A program made the position numbers and the translations under genes. From an uncultured Gemmatimonadota bacterium (GTDB lineage Bacteria > GCA-2686955 > CAYMWF01), in assembly GCA_964394085.1 (NCBI GenBank), contig CAYMWF010000003.1, positions 16,637 to 80,636 on the forward strand: 64,000 nt of DNA, in the 5' to 3' direction. Below the pieces are notes generated by a model, which was not told the origin of the DNA, made no database searches, and worked only from the letters and a program-made list of their open reading frames with translations. This document shows, piece after piece, positions 1 through 9,080 of this stretch (the stretch's first letter is position 1; the number at the start of each line of letters is the position of its first letter).

Positions 1-1010
1 AGGAATGAACTGCTGACCTGACTCGTCGGTGTTGACCGTCACGTCGCTGAACCATTCACCCCCCCCGGCCACGAACCCCCGCGCGTAAACCTGGTAAAGG
101 CCGTTGCCGTCGCTGTCATCCTCCCAGGTGATCACGAAATCACCATCGGAGTTCATACCGATAGCCGGATTCAGCTGCTGACCGCTCGGTTGCGAGTTGA
201 CGGTTATGTCTGCGAATCTCTCGCTGCCGTCGGCATTGAAACCCCGGGCCATTATCTCGTAGCTGCCGTTGCCGTCCTGGTCATCCTCCCAGACAACCAC
301 GAAACCGCCGCCGGGCTCCATGGCCACGGCGGGCTCCAGCTGCTGACCGGCTTCGGCCGAGTTGACCGTAAAGTCGGCGAACCGCTCGCTTCCGTCAGCA
401 TAAAAGCCCCGGGCGTAGATCTGGTATAAACCGTTGTTGTCCTTGTCATCCTCCCAGACGACTACGAAATCGCCGTCCGTATCAGATGCCACCGATGGAT
501 TGAACTGCTGACCGGAGCCGGTCGTGTTGACCGTAAAAACCCCGATCCTTTCCGTCCCGTCAGGATTGAATCCACGGGCATAGATCTGGTAATAGCCGTT
601 GCCGTCGTTGTCATCTTCCCAGGCAACCACGAAGTCACCGTCCCCATCCATCGCTATATCCGGAGCGGTCTGCTGGCCCGATGTGGTCGAATTCACCGTA
701 ATATCTGAAAACAGCTCGATGCCCTCGTCATCGAATCCCCGGGCGTAGATTTCATATTTACCGTCTTTATCCTGGTCGTCCTGCCAGGCGATCGCGAAGT
801 TGCCGTCGTGGTCGACGGCTGCAACCGGATTGATCTGCTGGCCGGCTTCGGCGCTGTTCACCACGATGTCGGAGAATCTCTCGCAGCCTCCCGGAGAGAA
901 ACCGCGGGCGTATATCTGACAGTAGCCGTTGTTGTCGCTGTCGTCTTCCCACGTGACTACGAAATCACCCCCCGGAGCCATGCCCACGGCCGGATCGAAC
1001 TGGTTGCCCG
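1..1010 (-). repeat. In-frame tandem coding repeat with a 165-bp (55-aa) period. At least 6 copies are visible, and the array continues past the window edge.
   Basis: A cacgaa(a/g)(t/c)c(a/g)cc-type anchor recurs at 133, 298, 463, 628, 793 and 958, exactly 165 bp apart. The protein unit is Q..P.(V/I)(A/G)M...GDFV(V/I).WEDD.D.NG.Y.IYARGF...G.E.F.D.TVN....G. Confidence 0.85.
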
Positions 1011-2556
1011 AATAGTCGCTGTTAACTGACCGATCGTTGAAATTCAGGCTTCCCAGGTCGTCATAGCTGTAAGCGGGCGGCACGGAAGTCATATCATAAT
1101 CGATCGTAAACAGATGGTCCCACTCCTCAGGGTCTTCGTTGTAATCGGGGCAGTAGAACCACGGCGCCCCCCCGACGAAATATTCGCCCATCCCCTCCTC
1201 CGCGGATACCGTATTGACATAAATCCGGTTCTCCGACGGATAGAATTCGAAGAGCCTGAGCCATCCGTTCCCCAGCCGGTCGGCGCCGTAGCAGTGACCG
1301 TCGCAGGGCTCCACGCTGCAGGGCTCTTCATACTGGTAATCGGTCAGGATCTCATGAACAGTGTTGCCGTTGTTGCCGGTGTGCGTAATGTACTCGGAGT
1401 CGTTTATGTGGCCGGAAAGTACCAAAAAAATATTACTGTGCCGGGCCACAAGCTCTTCCCACAAAATATGCGCGCCGCTGCCGGCGATATCGTAGTCCGT
1501 ACCGCATCCTTCGCAGTACTCCGCACCGTGAGTAAGGTAGCAGTGGGTGACGATGATCACGCGTCGATCCCCATTGGCCATAATGAGGTTGTCGGCCCAG
1601 CAGAGGGCATCTTTTGTTGGTGCGAACTCGAGGTTCACAACCATGAACCCCATGCCGCCCGCTTCGAACAATACGTAATTATTATCATTCGTATCACCCA
1701 TGTGACCGCCGTACCATGGTTCGCCCGTAAATCGCCATGGACCGAAATAGGTGTTGTAATTGGTGGTGTCACGCTTGAAGCCGGGACCGCTTCCGTCGGG
1801 GTAATCGTGATTGCCAGGCGTCACGCAGTAAGGAATCTCGGCTTCGTCCAGAATTGCATGGGCTTTATGAACCACATTCCATTCGGCCAGTTCGTCATCG
1901 TTGGTCAGATCTCCCATGTGGAGCACGAACCTGATATCGTAGTTCTCTCTGTTATCGACGATCCATTCGGCCTGGTGGTAGTAAGGGTTGTCCTCATCAT
2001 CCGGCTGCTCCGAATAGTACTGGGTGTCGGGAAGGATAACGAGGGTGAACCGGGGGAGCACCACTTCTACTTCGAATCCCGCGCTCGACAAAAAACTCCC
2101 GTCGAGGTACAGCTCGAGGGTGATACTGTACGGTCCCGTGGGAGCGGTTGACGGAACGAACAGATCAACCGGCTTAGATACTGATTGCCCGGGTTCGAGA
2201 ACAATATCCGGCCCCGCATACAATACTCTTTCAAGGGAAGCCGGCCCGGTCACGACCATTCGACCCTCGTCGAAAGCTGCCGGTTCCACGCCGCCGTTGG
2301 CAACCCCGACAGTAAAAGAGAGAGTCTCCCCGGTCTCTACGGAAACGGGATAATCTTCAACGAAGACCTCGAGCCCATTCCGACCATTCCCGGAAACGCC
2401 CGGTTCGCCTGGAGTAAAAAACTGTTCAGCTGTCGCTGAAAAATTCGAAAAAACCAGCAGGATAATAGAAACAGGAATCACAGCAAAAAGAGAGGCGGCA
2501 TTCCTGTTCAGGAAATATCTGAACTGGCCGGAAACCTGTCGATTCGAACTTTTCAT
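1..2556 (-). CDS. Secreted calcineurin-like metallophosphoesterase with an N-terminal anchor/signal, an Ig-like (CARDB/NEW3-like) module and C-terminal 55-aa tandem repeats. The 3' end runs off the window, and the gene is absent from the supplied ORF track.
   Basis: I translated the minus strand from the ATG at 2556, which has AAGGAG about 10 nt upstream. The product starts MKSSNRQVSGQFRYFLNRNAASLFAVIPVSIILLVF and stays open for all 852 codons down to position 1. The metallophosphoesterase motif set is present: ILPDTQYY, HMGDLTNDD, TPGNHDY, VTHCY, LSGHIN. Confidence 0.75.
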   Translation of the reverse strand, partial: MKSSNRQVSGQFRYFLNRNAASLFAVIPVSIILLVFSNFSATAEQFFTPGEPGVSGNGRNGLEVFVEDYPVSVETGETLSFTVGVANGGVEPAAFDEGRMVVTGPASLERVLYAGPDIVLEPGQSVSKPVDLFVPSTAPTGPYSITLELYLDGSFLSSAGFEVEVVLPRFTLVILPDTQYYSEQPDDEDNPYYHQAEWIVDNRENYDIRFVLHMGDLTNDDELAEWNVVHKAHAILDEAEIPYCVTPGNHDYPDGSGPGFKRDTTNYNTYFGPWRFTGEPWYGGHMGDTNDNNYVLFEAGGMGFMVVNLEFAPTKDALCWADNLIMANGDRRVIIVTHCYLTHGAEYCEGCGTDYDIAGSGAHILWEELVARHSNIFLVLSGHINDSEYITHTGNNGNTVHEILTDYQYEEPCSVEPCDGHCYGADRLGNGWLRLFEFYPSENRIYVNTVSAEEGMGEYFVGGAPWFYCPDYNEDPEEWDHLFTIDYDMTSVPPAYSYDDLGSLNFNDRSVNSDYSGNQFDPAVGMAPGGDFVVTWEDDSDNNGYCQIYARGFSPGGCERFSDIVVNSAEAGQQINPVAAVDHDGNFAIAWQDDQDKDGKYEIYARGFDDEGIELFSDITVNSTTSGQQTAPDIAMDGDGDFVVAWEDDNDGNGYYQIYARGFNPDGTERIGVFTVNTTGSGQQFNPSVASDTDGDFVVVWEDDKDNNGLYQIYARGFYADGSERFADFTVNSAEAGQQLEPAVAMEPGGGFVVVWEDDQDGNGSYEIMARGFNADGSERFADITVNSQPSGQQLNPAIGMNSDGDFVITWEDDSDGNGLYQVYARGFVAGGGEWFSDVTVNTDESGQQFIP

Positions 2557-2813
2557 CACATCTTTACTCCTTAGTTCATCCGCAATATGTCCCGGCGAAA
2601 CCCCGAATCTTGCCGGCCGATTGATGAAGAGAGCGGGAAGAGCGCGACTTATCCAGTTTTGTCTGAGCATAACGCACCGGCGATTGATGTCATCGGCTGG
2701 TAAGTGACGCGGTATTTCGTACACCTCTGATTATAATGTAACAAAACGGCGGACATAATTCAAATATTCCGTAATTCCACGCGGGAGATCAGTTCATCGG
2801 GGAGAATTTTCCG

Positions 2814-5282
2814 TCAGTGCCGTTTTTTATCCAGATCGATACCCGCAGTCCCAGGAACGGAAACGGCGGGAACCAGGTTTCTCGCCAGCAGAATGGATGC
2901 GAATCGCTCCGCCATCCACCTGTAGCCGCTGTCGTGGAAATGGACATCGTCGATAAGGTAATCCCCTGCGCTCTCCAGTGTGAAGAACCGGTAGAAATCC
3001 TGGTAAAAGACACCATGCTCCCCGTATTTTCGGGTGAGTTGATCGAAAATCCTGTAATATTCGTGCTGGCGGGTTCCGACGTAAAGATCCGGGAAGGTGA
3101 CCTCCGGAACGAGCAACACGCTGCAGTCCCTGTCTATCGCCGCCTTTACCACGTCTGCGGGGGCTGCATAAATCATATTCCTTTTTATGTTGTCGGGGTC
3201 ACGCAGGTTGCGCCTGGGACTGAACAGGTTTCCAATTCCATCCGTAAAACGAACGGCCATGCCGAAGGTACGGAACTTGGCGGCGAAGAAGTAGCCGCGA
3301 ATCAAGAATTCCGGGTTCCACCTCAGCCGCATGGCGACCCACAACTCGTTGTTCGTCGAAATGAACGGTGCTTTTTCTACCTCCTCGGCCATACGTTCGT
3401 AGTAGTTCCTCGAAGCCAGGTTGTCTCTGTTCGAGCCGAAATAGATAATCAGGAGATCCGGGTCCAGCGGCAGGAGAACCTGCTCGAAATAGATCTGGAG
3501 CATATAAAACGGCGCACCGGGGATGCCGCCGTTGATCACTTCATAATCCGCACCTTCCGTCTCATTGAGAACATTTTCGAGCTGCGGCGGATAGCTGCGG
3601 TTCGTCATATCCGTGCTCCCCTGACCGGCCGTGCTCGAGCTTCCAAGACATACTATACGAAATACGCCCGGGGGCTTTTCCCGTTCGTAAGAACGCCCCA
3701 TCACTGTCACCGAAGAAGCATCGGCATCACGCCTGAGAAGGCTCGTATGTCTTTCCGCGTCCCAGCTCAGCATACCAAGCGCCCTGCAGGGGTCTAAATC
3801 TTTGTAGAGGAACAGCGGCTTATGGAATCCGGTCTCGTTATAAGCCACGAGAAGCATCAGAATCCCGTAAGCAATCAGGGCGGATGCCGGACTTCTTCTC
3901 CTCCGCTTCTTCAACACGAAAACCACCGTGGCGAACATCCAGGGAAAAAGCACCAGCACTGAGAAAGAAAACCCGCCCAGAACGCCCGACGAAAGCCGGA
4001 ACAGGTAAAAACTGAAAAATTGAAGTGAGGTTAACAGGAAAACCGCCGGTGGATAATCCGGAAACAGTCGCAATGTAAATAAGAAGAGGAGCAGTGGAAT
4101 GAGTGACACGATTATGTATACCGCTGCAGAGGCGCTCTCACCCTCCGTCCAAGGGAAAGGGAATTCAAGCAGCAGGAAAACAGCATATAAAACCGCAGCC
4201 GCACCCGTCATCCGGAGTTTTCCTGAATTCGATCCGGCATCCGGAGAGGGCTCATTTTCAACGACAAGGTCATGTCTGAAAAGACCCGTCGCTTTTAGAA
4301 ACGTCAGCGCAACAAGACAGACAAGCAGAGAAAATGATGAAAGATTGAAACAGGCTCTGAGAAAAAAACAGGCTGCGGTCTGCAGCGGCAGAAAAAGAAA
4401 GAGGAGCCAGGGCAAAGAAATTGAGGACGTTCTCCGGGAAAGAGAAGCTCCTGTCAGAACCAGGAGATCGAGTAAAACAGCCGCCAGGAACAGTGCAGCA
4501 AGAGAAAATATCCAGGAGAACCGGGATGCCGCATCGACTCCCAGCAAGCCGGGCAGGTCGACGAAAAAAGGAGTAAAATAGAACCCCGCAGACGCCACGG
4601 TTCCCGTTTTGAACGAGGCGTCGACTTTCGTGATTCTTACCTCGTCGACAAGAACCCAGGCGCAGGGCGACAGGACATTGAATTCGAAATCTCCTCTGTC
4701 GAATTCAACCGGGGAGACACCTTCAGCGCTTTTCCCATTTAAGCTGACTCTGATCAGTCGCCCGTCAAAGAACAGTTCGATTTCAAGGGGAAACACGCCA
4801 CCGTCCTGCTGGCCGAAATCAGGCAGATCCAAAAGCTTCTCGCGGGATCCTCCGTTCTCGATGAAGACGATGTTTTCATTAAGCTTAGCATCAAATCCAC
4901 ATGTAAGCGATGAATCGTCGCTCTTGGCGAAGCGGATCGAAAAAACCGCACTCTCCTCCCAGATTACTTTTACTGCGATGTTGAAAGGGGCGGGCAACTC
5001 TGCAGCTTCCGGCAATCTGAGGTGATTCATGTCCGTTCCCAGGCTCCCGAAAATGAGCAAGCCGTCCTTGACCGTCCCGGAAACATCGAGGTTGTAATGA
5101 TGCCCTTCATCCGCAGGGTACCGTGAGAACTCGAGTACACGGTTGTTCAGAAAAAATTCGATCGAAGAAAATTCAGGGTGTAAACGGGATACGAGAACAG
5201 TACCGATTAAGAAAAGCGTAATATAGAGAATCGCTGTAAATCTCAAGTCGCGGAAAGGTCCGGGACGGGTTTTTTCAGTCAT
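2814..5282 (-). CDS. Polytopic membrane protein with a C-terminal SGNH/GDSL-type hydrolase domain
   Basis: The ORF is 822 aa. It has an N-terminal TM anchor (ILYITLFLIGTVLV), a jelly-roll-like ectodomain and a cluster of about 8 hydrophobic helices. SGNH blocks follow: FRIVCLGSSSTAGQG (block I Ser), IIYFGSNRDN (block III) and DDVHFHDSGY (block V D-x-x-H). Confidence 0.65.
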   Translation of the reverse strand: MTEKTRPGPFRDLRFTAILYITLFLIGTVLVSRLHPEFSSIEFFLNNRVLEFSRYPADEGHHYNLDVSGTVKDGLLIFGSLGTDMNHLRLPEAAELPAPFNIAVKVIWEESAVFSIRFAKSDDSSLTCGFDAKLNENIVFIENGGSREKLLDLPDFGQQDGGVFPLEIELFFDGRLIRVSLNGKSAEGVSPVEFDRGDFEFNVLSPCAWVLVDEVRITKVDASFKTGTVASAGFYFTPFFVDLPGLLGVDAASRFSWIFSLAALFLAAVLLDLLVLTGASLSRRTSSISLPWLLFLFLPLQTAACFFLRACFNLSSFSLLVCLVALTFLKATGLFRHDLVVENEPSPDAGSNSGKLRMTGAAAVLYAVFLLLEFPFPWTEGESASAAVYIIVSLIPLLLFLFTLRLFPDYPPAVFLLTSLQFFSFYLFRLSSGVLGGFSFSVLVLFPWMFATVVFVLKKRRRRSPASALIAYGILMLLVAYNETGFHKPLFLYKDLDPCRALGMLSWDAERHTSLLRRDADASSVTVMGRSYEREKPPGVFRIVCLGSSSTAGQGSTDMTNRSYPPQLENVLNETEGADYEVINGGIPGAPFYMLQIYFEQVLLPLDPDLLIIYFGSNRDNLASRNYYERMAEEVEKAPFISTNNELWVAMRLRWNPEFLIRGYFFAAKFRTFGMAVRFTDGIGNLFSPRRNLRDPDNIKRNMIYAAPADVVKAAIDRDCSVLLVPEVTFPDLYVGTRQHEYYRIFDQLTRKYGEHGVFYQDFYRFFTLESAGDYLIDDVHFHDSGYRWMAERFASILLARNLVPAVSVPGTAGIDLDKKRH

Positions 5283-5296
5283 GAACTTTATCTACC

Positions 5297-6505
5297 TCAA
5301 TCGGAAGATTCCGTTGTCTTATCCGGAGTGCCGGGCTGCTTCTTTTTCCTGCGGTCGTGGCGACTGCCCTTGTAGATCTCATACTTCAGCAGTTGACATT
5401 CCATCGGCGGATTGAACAGCTTGAAACGGCTTGAGGGTTTGAGCCCTATCTTCTTTGAAGCAGGGGCGTTGGCTGTAAGGATATATGCGTTGTAACCGTC
5501 GTACTTGTTCTTCAAGGTATCACCGATGCCCCTGTACAGGGCTTCCAGGTTCTCCTCTGAAAGTCGCTTTCCGTATGGAGGATTCGTGATGAAGACACCG
5601 GGTCCGGACGGGGGCTCAAGCTGTTCGAAGCCGGTCTGCCGAAATTCGATATATTCCTCCACCCCCGCTCTGCGGGCGTTGGCTCGCGCGCGCTGTACGC
5701 TTTTGCCGTCTATGTCGGAACCGAGGATTTTAACGCCTTGTAAAGGGCTTGCCTGAGAACGCGCACTGCTGACAAGGCTCTTCCAAAGCCCCGGATCATA
5801 GTCAGGCCAGCGCATGAAACCGTATTGCCGGCCCACCAGGCCGGGAGCGATGTTTCCCGCCAGGAGTGCGGCCTCGATCAGAAAGGTGCCCGACCCGCAC
5901 ATCCCATCGACCAGGGGAGCGTTGCCGTTCCAGCCGGCGAGGAACAGGATGCCCGCCGCAAGAGCTTCATTGATCGGCGCGGGGCCCGATTCGGTGCGGT
6001 ATCCACGCCGGAAAAGGGGTTCGCCTGAGGAATCGAGAGAGAGTGTGGCGACGTTTTTGACCAGGTGCAGGTTGACCCGCAGATCCGGTTCGTTCAGATC
6101 GACCGACGGCCGCCGGCCATATCGGACGCGGAACCGGTCGGCGATGGCGTCCTTCACCCTCAGGGCCGCATAATGAGAATTCCGGATTGCGGAATGATTT
6201 ACCAGGGCATCAACCGAAAATGTCGAATCGACAGACATGTACCGGCTCCAGTCGATACGTTTCGCACGCCTGTAAAGCTGGTCTGCGTCCGCGGAGCGGA
6301 ACGCCCTCACCGGCTTGATGATCCGTGTAGCCGCCCGAACCCGGAGATTTGCGTCGTACAGAAGTCTTTTATCACCGAAAAACTCGACGGATCGGTTCAG
6401 AGGCTTCACGTTCGCGCCGCCCAGCGCCCTGAGCTCACCGGCCAGCACCTCCTCCAGCCCGAAAAGAGTCTTCGCCACCATCCGGAAGTTTTCCGAACCT
6501 TCCAT
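5297..6505 (-). CDS. THUMP-domain class I SAM-dependent RNA methyltransferase (RlmL/YpsC-like, COG0116 type)
   Basis: The ORF is 402 aa. It has DGMCGSGTFLIEAA (SAM motif I) and FITNPPYGKRL (NPPY motif IV). The N-terminal half has a THUMP-like layout. Confidence 0.75.
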   Translation of the reverse strand: MEGSENFRMVAKTLFGLEEVLAGELRALGGANVKPLNRSVEFFGDKRLLYDANLRVRAATRIIKPVRAFRSADADQLYRRAKRIDWSRYMSVDSTFSVDALVNHSAIRNSHYAALRVKDAIADRFRVRYGRRPSVDLNEPDLRVNLHLVKNVATLSLDSSGEPLFRRGYRTESGPAPINEALAAGILFLAGWNGNAPLVDGMCGSGTFLIEAALLAGNIAPGLVGRQYGFMRWPDYDPGLWKSLVSSARSQASPLQGVKILGSDIDGKSVQRARANARRAGVEEYIEFRQTGFEQLEPPSGPGVFITNPPYGKRLSEENLEALYRGIGDTLKNKYDGYNAYILTANAPASKKIGLKPSSRFKLFNPPMECQLLKYEIYKGSRHDRRKKKQPGTPDKTTESSD

Positions 6506-6696
6506 TTCTGCCGGTCCTTTGTCAGTATCGCGGGTTTAATGTCCCGATAGTGAGTACAAATAAAAACGGTCCGTGGAAGATAACAGAAATATTCCATTAT
6601 TCCATATACTTTCAAATAAGTTTGTCGCTGTCTCGAATAATCGTTATATTTTCAACAGACTATGACCAGGATCGAAACTTCGGGAGGAGTAAAACC

Positions 6697-8013
6697 ATGC
6701 GCTATCTGAACATCATACTGCTGGTTTTGATTTGCTTGCCGTCTTCGAGCGGAATACTCAGGGCGAAGACGATTCGAGTACCGGATGATCAGGTATTTAT
6801 CCAGGCGGCTATCTGGGTGGCTTTGGATGGTGATACGGTCCTTGTAGCCGACGGAACATACTCCGGAGACGGAAACAAGGATATAAGCTTTGGTGGAAAA
6901 GCTATCATGGTGATGTCGGAGAACGGGCCGGACGTCACGGTCATCGACTGCGAACATTCAGGAAGAGGTTTTCAGTTCAATAACGGGGAAGGTTCCTCTT
7001 CCAGGCTTATGGGTTTCACGATACAACACGGATACACTTCCGGCGGAGGAGGAGGAATACACTGCAACAACGCTTCCTCTCCATGCATCATGAAATGTAA
7101 TATCATTAACAATGAATGCGGCGGCGGGGGAGGAGGAATACATCTGCATGACGCCGGCACCAAACCTGATATTTATGGTTGTCTAATCTCCGGAAACAGA
7201 GCTTCAGGCGGTGACGGCGGCGGAATGTATACAGGAATTGTGGACGCCAGACTTGCAAACTGTATTATATCCTCGAATACAACTTCGTCCAGGGGGGGAG
7301 GTATTTGCTCTGCGGACAGCGATCTGGAGATTCAATACTGTACCTTTGCATTCAATGAGGCTCAAGCAGAGGGGGATCAGTTAGCCTGTATTTACTATTC
7401 CACCAACGTGCTTTCCAATTGTATTCTCTGGGGAGAGGGTTCGGATATAATTCACGAAAAAAACAGCAACCTCACCGTTACATTTTCAGATGTGAAGGAT
7501 GGCTGGACCGGTGTCGGTAATATAAGCGCTGATCCGCTTTTTTTCGATCCGTATGCAAGTGATTTCCATCTAACCATTGACTCACCATGTATCGATACAG
7601 GTACAGATATCGGAATTTATGAAGATTTCGATGGAGATCAAAGACCATGGGGAGATGGATATGACATGGGTGCGGATGAGTTCGCATGTTCAGGCCTTGT
7701 TCTGGATGTTCTTTATTCACCTCCCTGGATTCGACCCGGATATCAGTTGAACTGGAAAATAAGAGCAGTCAACTACAATGATGAACCTTTGGAGATAGAT
7801 ACTATACGCCTCGATGTTGAAGGATCTTTTTCTTACACGAAGTTACTGTGGTCCGGTTACGGGAAAATGTACGCCGGGTACGCGGGCGAAACCTGGTTCG
7901 AGGTTTTCGTGCCGTTCTTCGTCCCGCTTGGTTCTTACCTTTGCACAACCATTGCGTCATTCGAAGGAGAAGACCTGGCTGAAGTAAGCTTTGATGGTGA
8001 CGTGATAAATTAG
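6697..8013 (+). CDS. Secreted right-handed parallel beta-helix repeat protein (GGGI repeats) with a C-terminal Ig-like module
   Basis: The internal ATG at 6697 is preceded by GGGAGGAG and gives the signal peptide MRYLNIILLVLICLPSSSG. GGGG(I/M)-containing turns recur. The motif ADPLF.D....DFHL...SPCIDTG...GADEF is typical of PbH1/pectate-lyase-fold proteins. I judge the track ORF start at 6550 to be an upstream extension. Confidence 0.65.
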   Translation: MRYLNIILLVLICLPSSSGILRAKTIRVPDDQVFIQAAIWVALDGDTVLVADGTYSGDGNKDISFGGKAIMVMSENGPDVTVIDCEHSGRGFQFNNGEGSSSRLMGFTIQHGYTSGGGGGIHCNNASSPCIMKCNIINNECGGGGGGIHLHDAGTKPDIYGCLISGNRASGGDGGGMYTGIVDARLANCIISSNTTSSRGGGICSADSDLEIQYCTFAFNEAQAEGDQLACIYYSTNVLSNCILWGEGSDIIHEKNSNLTVTFSDVKDGWTGVGNISADPLFFDPYASDFHLTIDSPCIDTGTDIGIYEDFDGDQRPWGDGYDMGADEFACSGLVLDVLYSPPWIRPGYQLNWKIRAVNYNDEPLEIDTIRLDVEGSFSYTKLLWSGYGKMYAGYAGETWFEVFVPFFVPLGSYLCTTIASFEGEDLAEVSFDGDVIN

Positions 8014-8076
8014 ATTCATTTATCATCGATGTACGAACTGGAAGACGAAAAAAACTGATTGGTCAAGGACAAATCC

Positions 8077-8967
8077 ATGCGATACAAAGGGATGATAATA
8101 AGACCGCCGAGCGAGGCGGACAGCCTTATTCTGCAAATCACGTACGGATGCACCCACAACAAGTGCACCTTCTGCCCGACTTATCTTGGTGTGCGGTTCG
8201 GTACCCGTCCACCCGAAGAAATCTTCGAAGACATCGCCGACACCGCTGAAAAAATGAAAACCGGTTATTACCGACCGACAAGGCGTGTTTTCCTCACCGA
8301 CGGCAATGCCCTGGCTCTTACCAACAGGCGGCTCCTTCCGATCCTCGAAGCCCTGCGGAAAGAAATCCCCGGGTTCGCCAGGGCGGGGATTTACGCCAAC
8401 GCCGGTGATGTATTGCGAAAAAGCGACGACGAACTCCGGGAGCTGAAGGATGCCGGGTTGGGCATAGCCTACATGGGGCTTGAATCGGGAAGCGACGAAA
8501 TCCTCAGGCGGGTGAACAAGGGGTGGACCGTAGACGAGATGACGGAAGCGGTGCGCCGTCTGGAAGAAGCTTCGATAAAAACGTCGGTGATAGGTCTCCT
8601 GGGGCTTGGCGGCAGAGAACTATCGAAACAACATGCCGAATCGACCGGCAGGGTGGCGGCGGCCATGAGCCCGACCTATTTTTCATTGCTCACGCTGATG
8701 GTGGTTCCGGGTACACAGCTTCACAGGGAATACGAAGAAGGGAGTTTTTCCCTGCCTGACGCTATGGAGCTTGTCGCGGAACAGCGTATCTTCCTTGAGT
8801 CGGTGGACGGTATCGAGCGCACCATCTTCAGAAGCAATCACGCGTCGAACTATCTTCCTCTCGCGGGTGTGCTGCCCAGGGACAGGGACCGTCTGGTGGC
8901 GCAGGTGAGAGAAGGCGAAAAAAGGGGACCGGACTCTCTCAGGCCCGAATTCCTCCGGGGGCTCTGA
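8077..8967 (+). CDS. Radical SAM enzyme, subfamily not assignable by eye
   Basis: The segment IRPPSEADSLILQITYGCTHNKCTFCPTY contains the CxxxCxxC 4Fe-4S/SAM motif. A downstream GLESGS block is present. The ATG at 8077 has AAGGA 7 nt upstream, whereas the track starts at the TTG at 8059. Confidence 0.75.
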   Translation: MRYKGMIIRPPSEADSLILQITYGCTHNKCTFCPTYLGVRFGTRPPEEIFEDIADTAEKMKTGYYRPTRRVFLTDGNALALTNRRLLPILEALRKEIPGFARAGIYANAGDVLRKSDDELRELKDAGLGIAYMGLESGSDEILRRVNKGWTVDEMTEAVRRLEEASIKTSVIGLLGLGGRELSKQHAESTGRVAAAMSPTYFSLLTLMVVPGTQLHREYEEGSFSLPDAMELVAEQRIFLESVDGIERTIFRSNHASNYLPLAGVLPRDRDRLVAQVREGEKRGPDSLRPEFLRGL

Positions 8968-9080
8968 CTACATATTACCGCGAAAGAATGGCGTGTCCTT
9001 TCACTCTACCGACAGCCCCGTAACCTCTTGCGGAAAGTGCGCTGGAGTGATCTGCAGTCCGGTGCAGACCGTCACAGGTA

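Noticed and set aside
59-66. Homopolymer tracts as possible phase-variation switches: C8 at 59-66 inside the repeat gene, C7 near 38350 upstream of the C25 gene, and A/T runs of 8-9 nt near 11046, 59375 and 59428.
   Set aside because: The tracts are short. The coding tract simply encodes Gly-Gly-Gly in frame. There is no evidence of length heterogeneity from a single sequence. The A/T runs coincide with promoter or terminator-like AT-rich spacers.
1114-2151. A 345-aa plus-strand ORF, together with the short ORFs at 190-1029.
   Set aside because: They are antisense or out of frame relative to the 852-codon minus-strand metallophosphoesterase/repeat gene, which has catalytic motifs, an RBS and a signal sequence. 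The plus-strand product has no motifs.
6550-6696. N-terminal extensions in the ORF track: 6550-6696, 12857-13009, 45247-45360, 48285-48326, 22491-22526, 15771-15806 and 41749-41787.
   Set aside because: In each case an internal ATG is preceded by a good GGAGG-type RBS. It gives either a proper signal peptide or the conserved family N-terminus. The extension would also overlap a neighbouring gene or add non-homologous residues.
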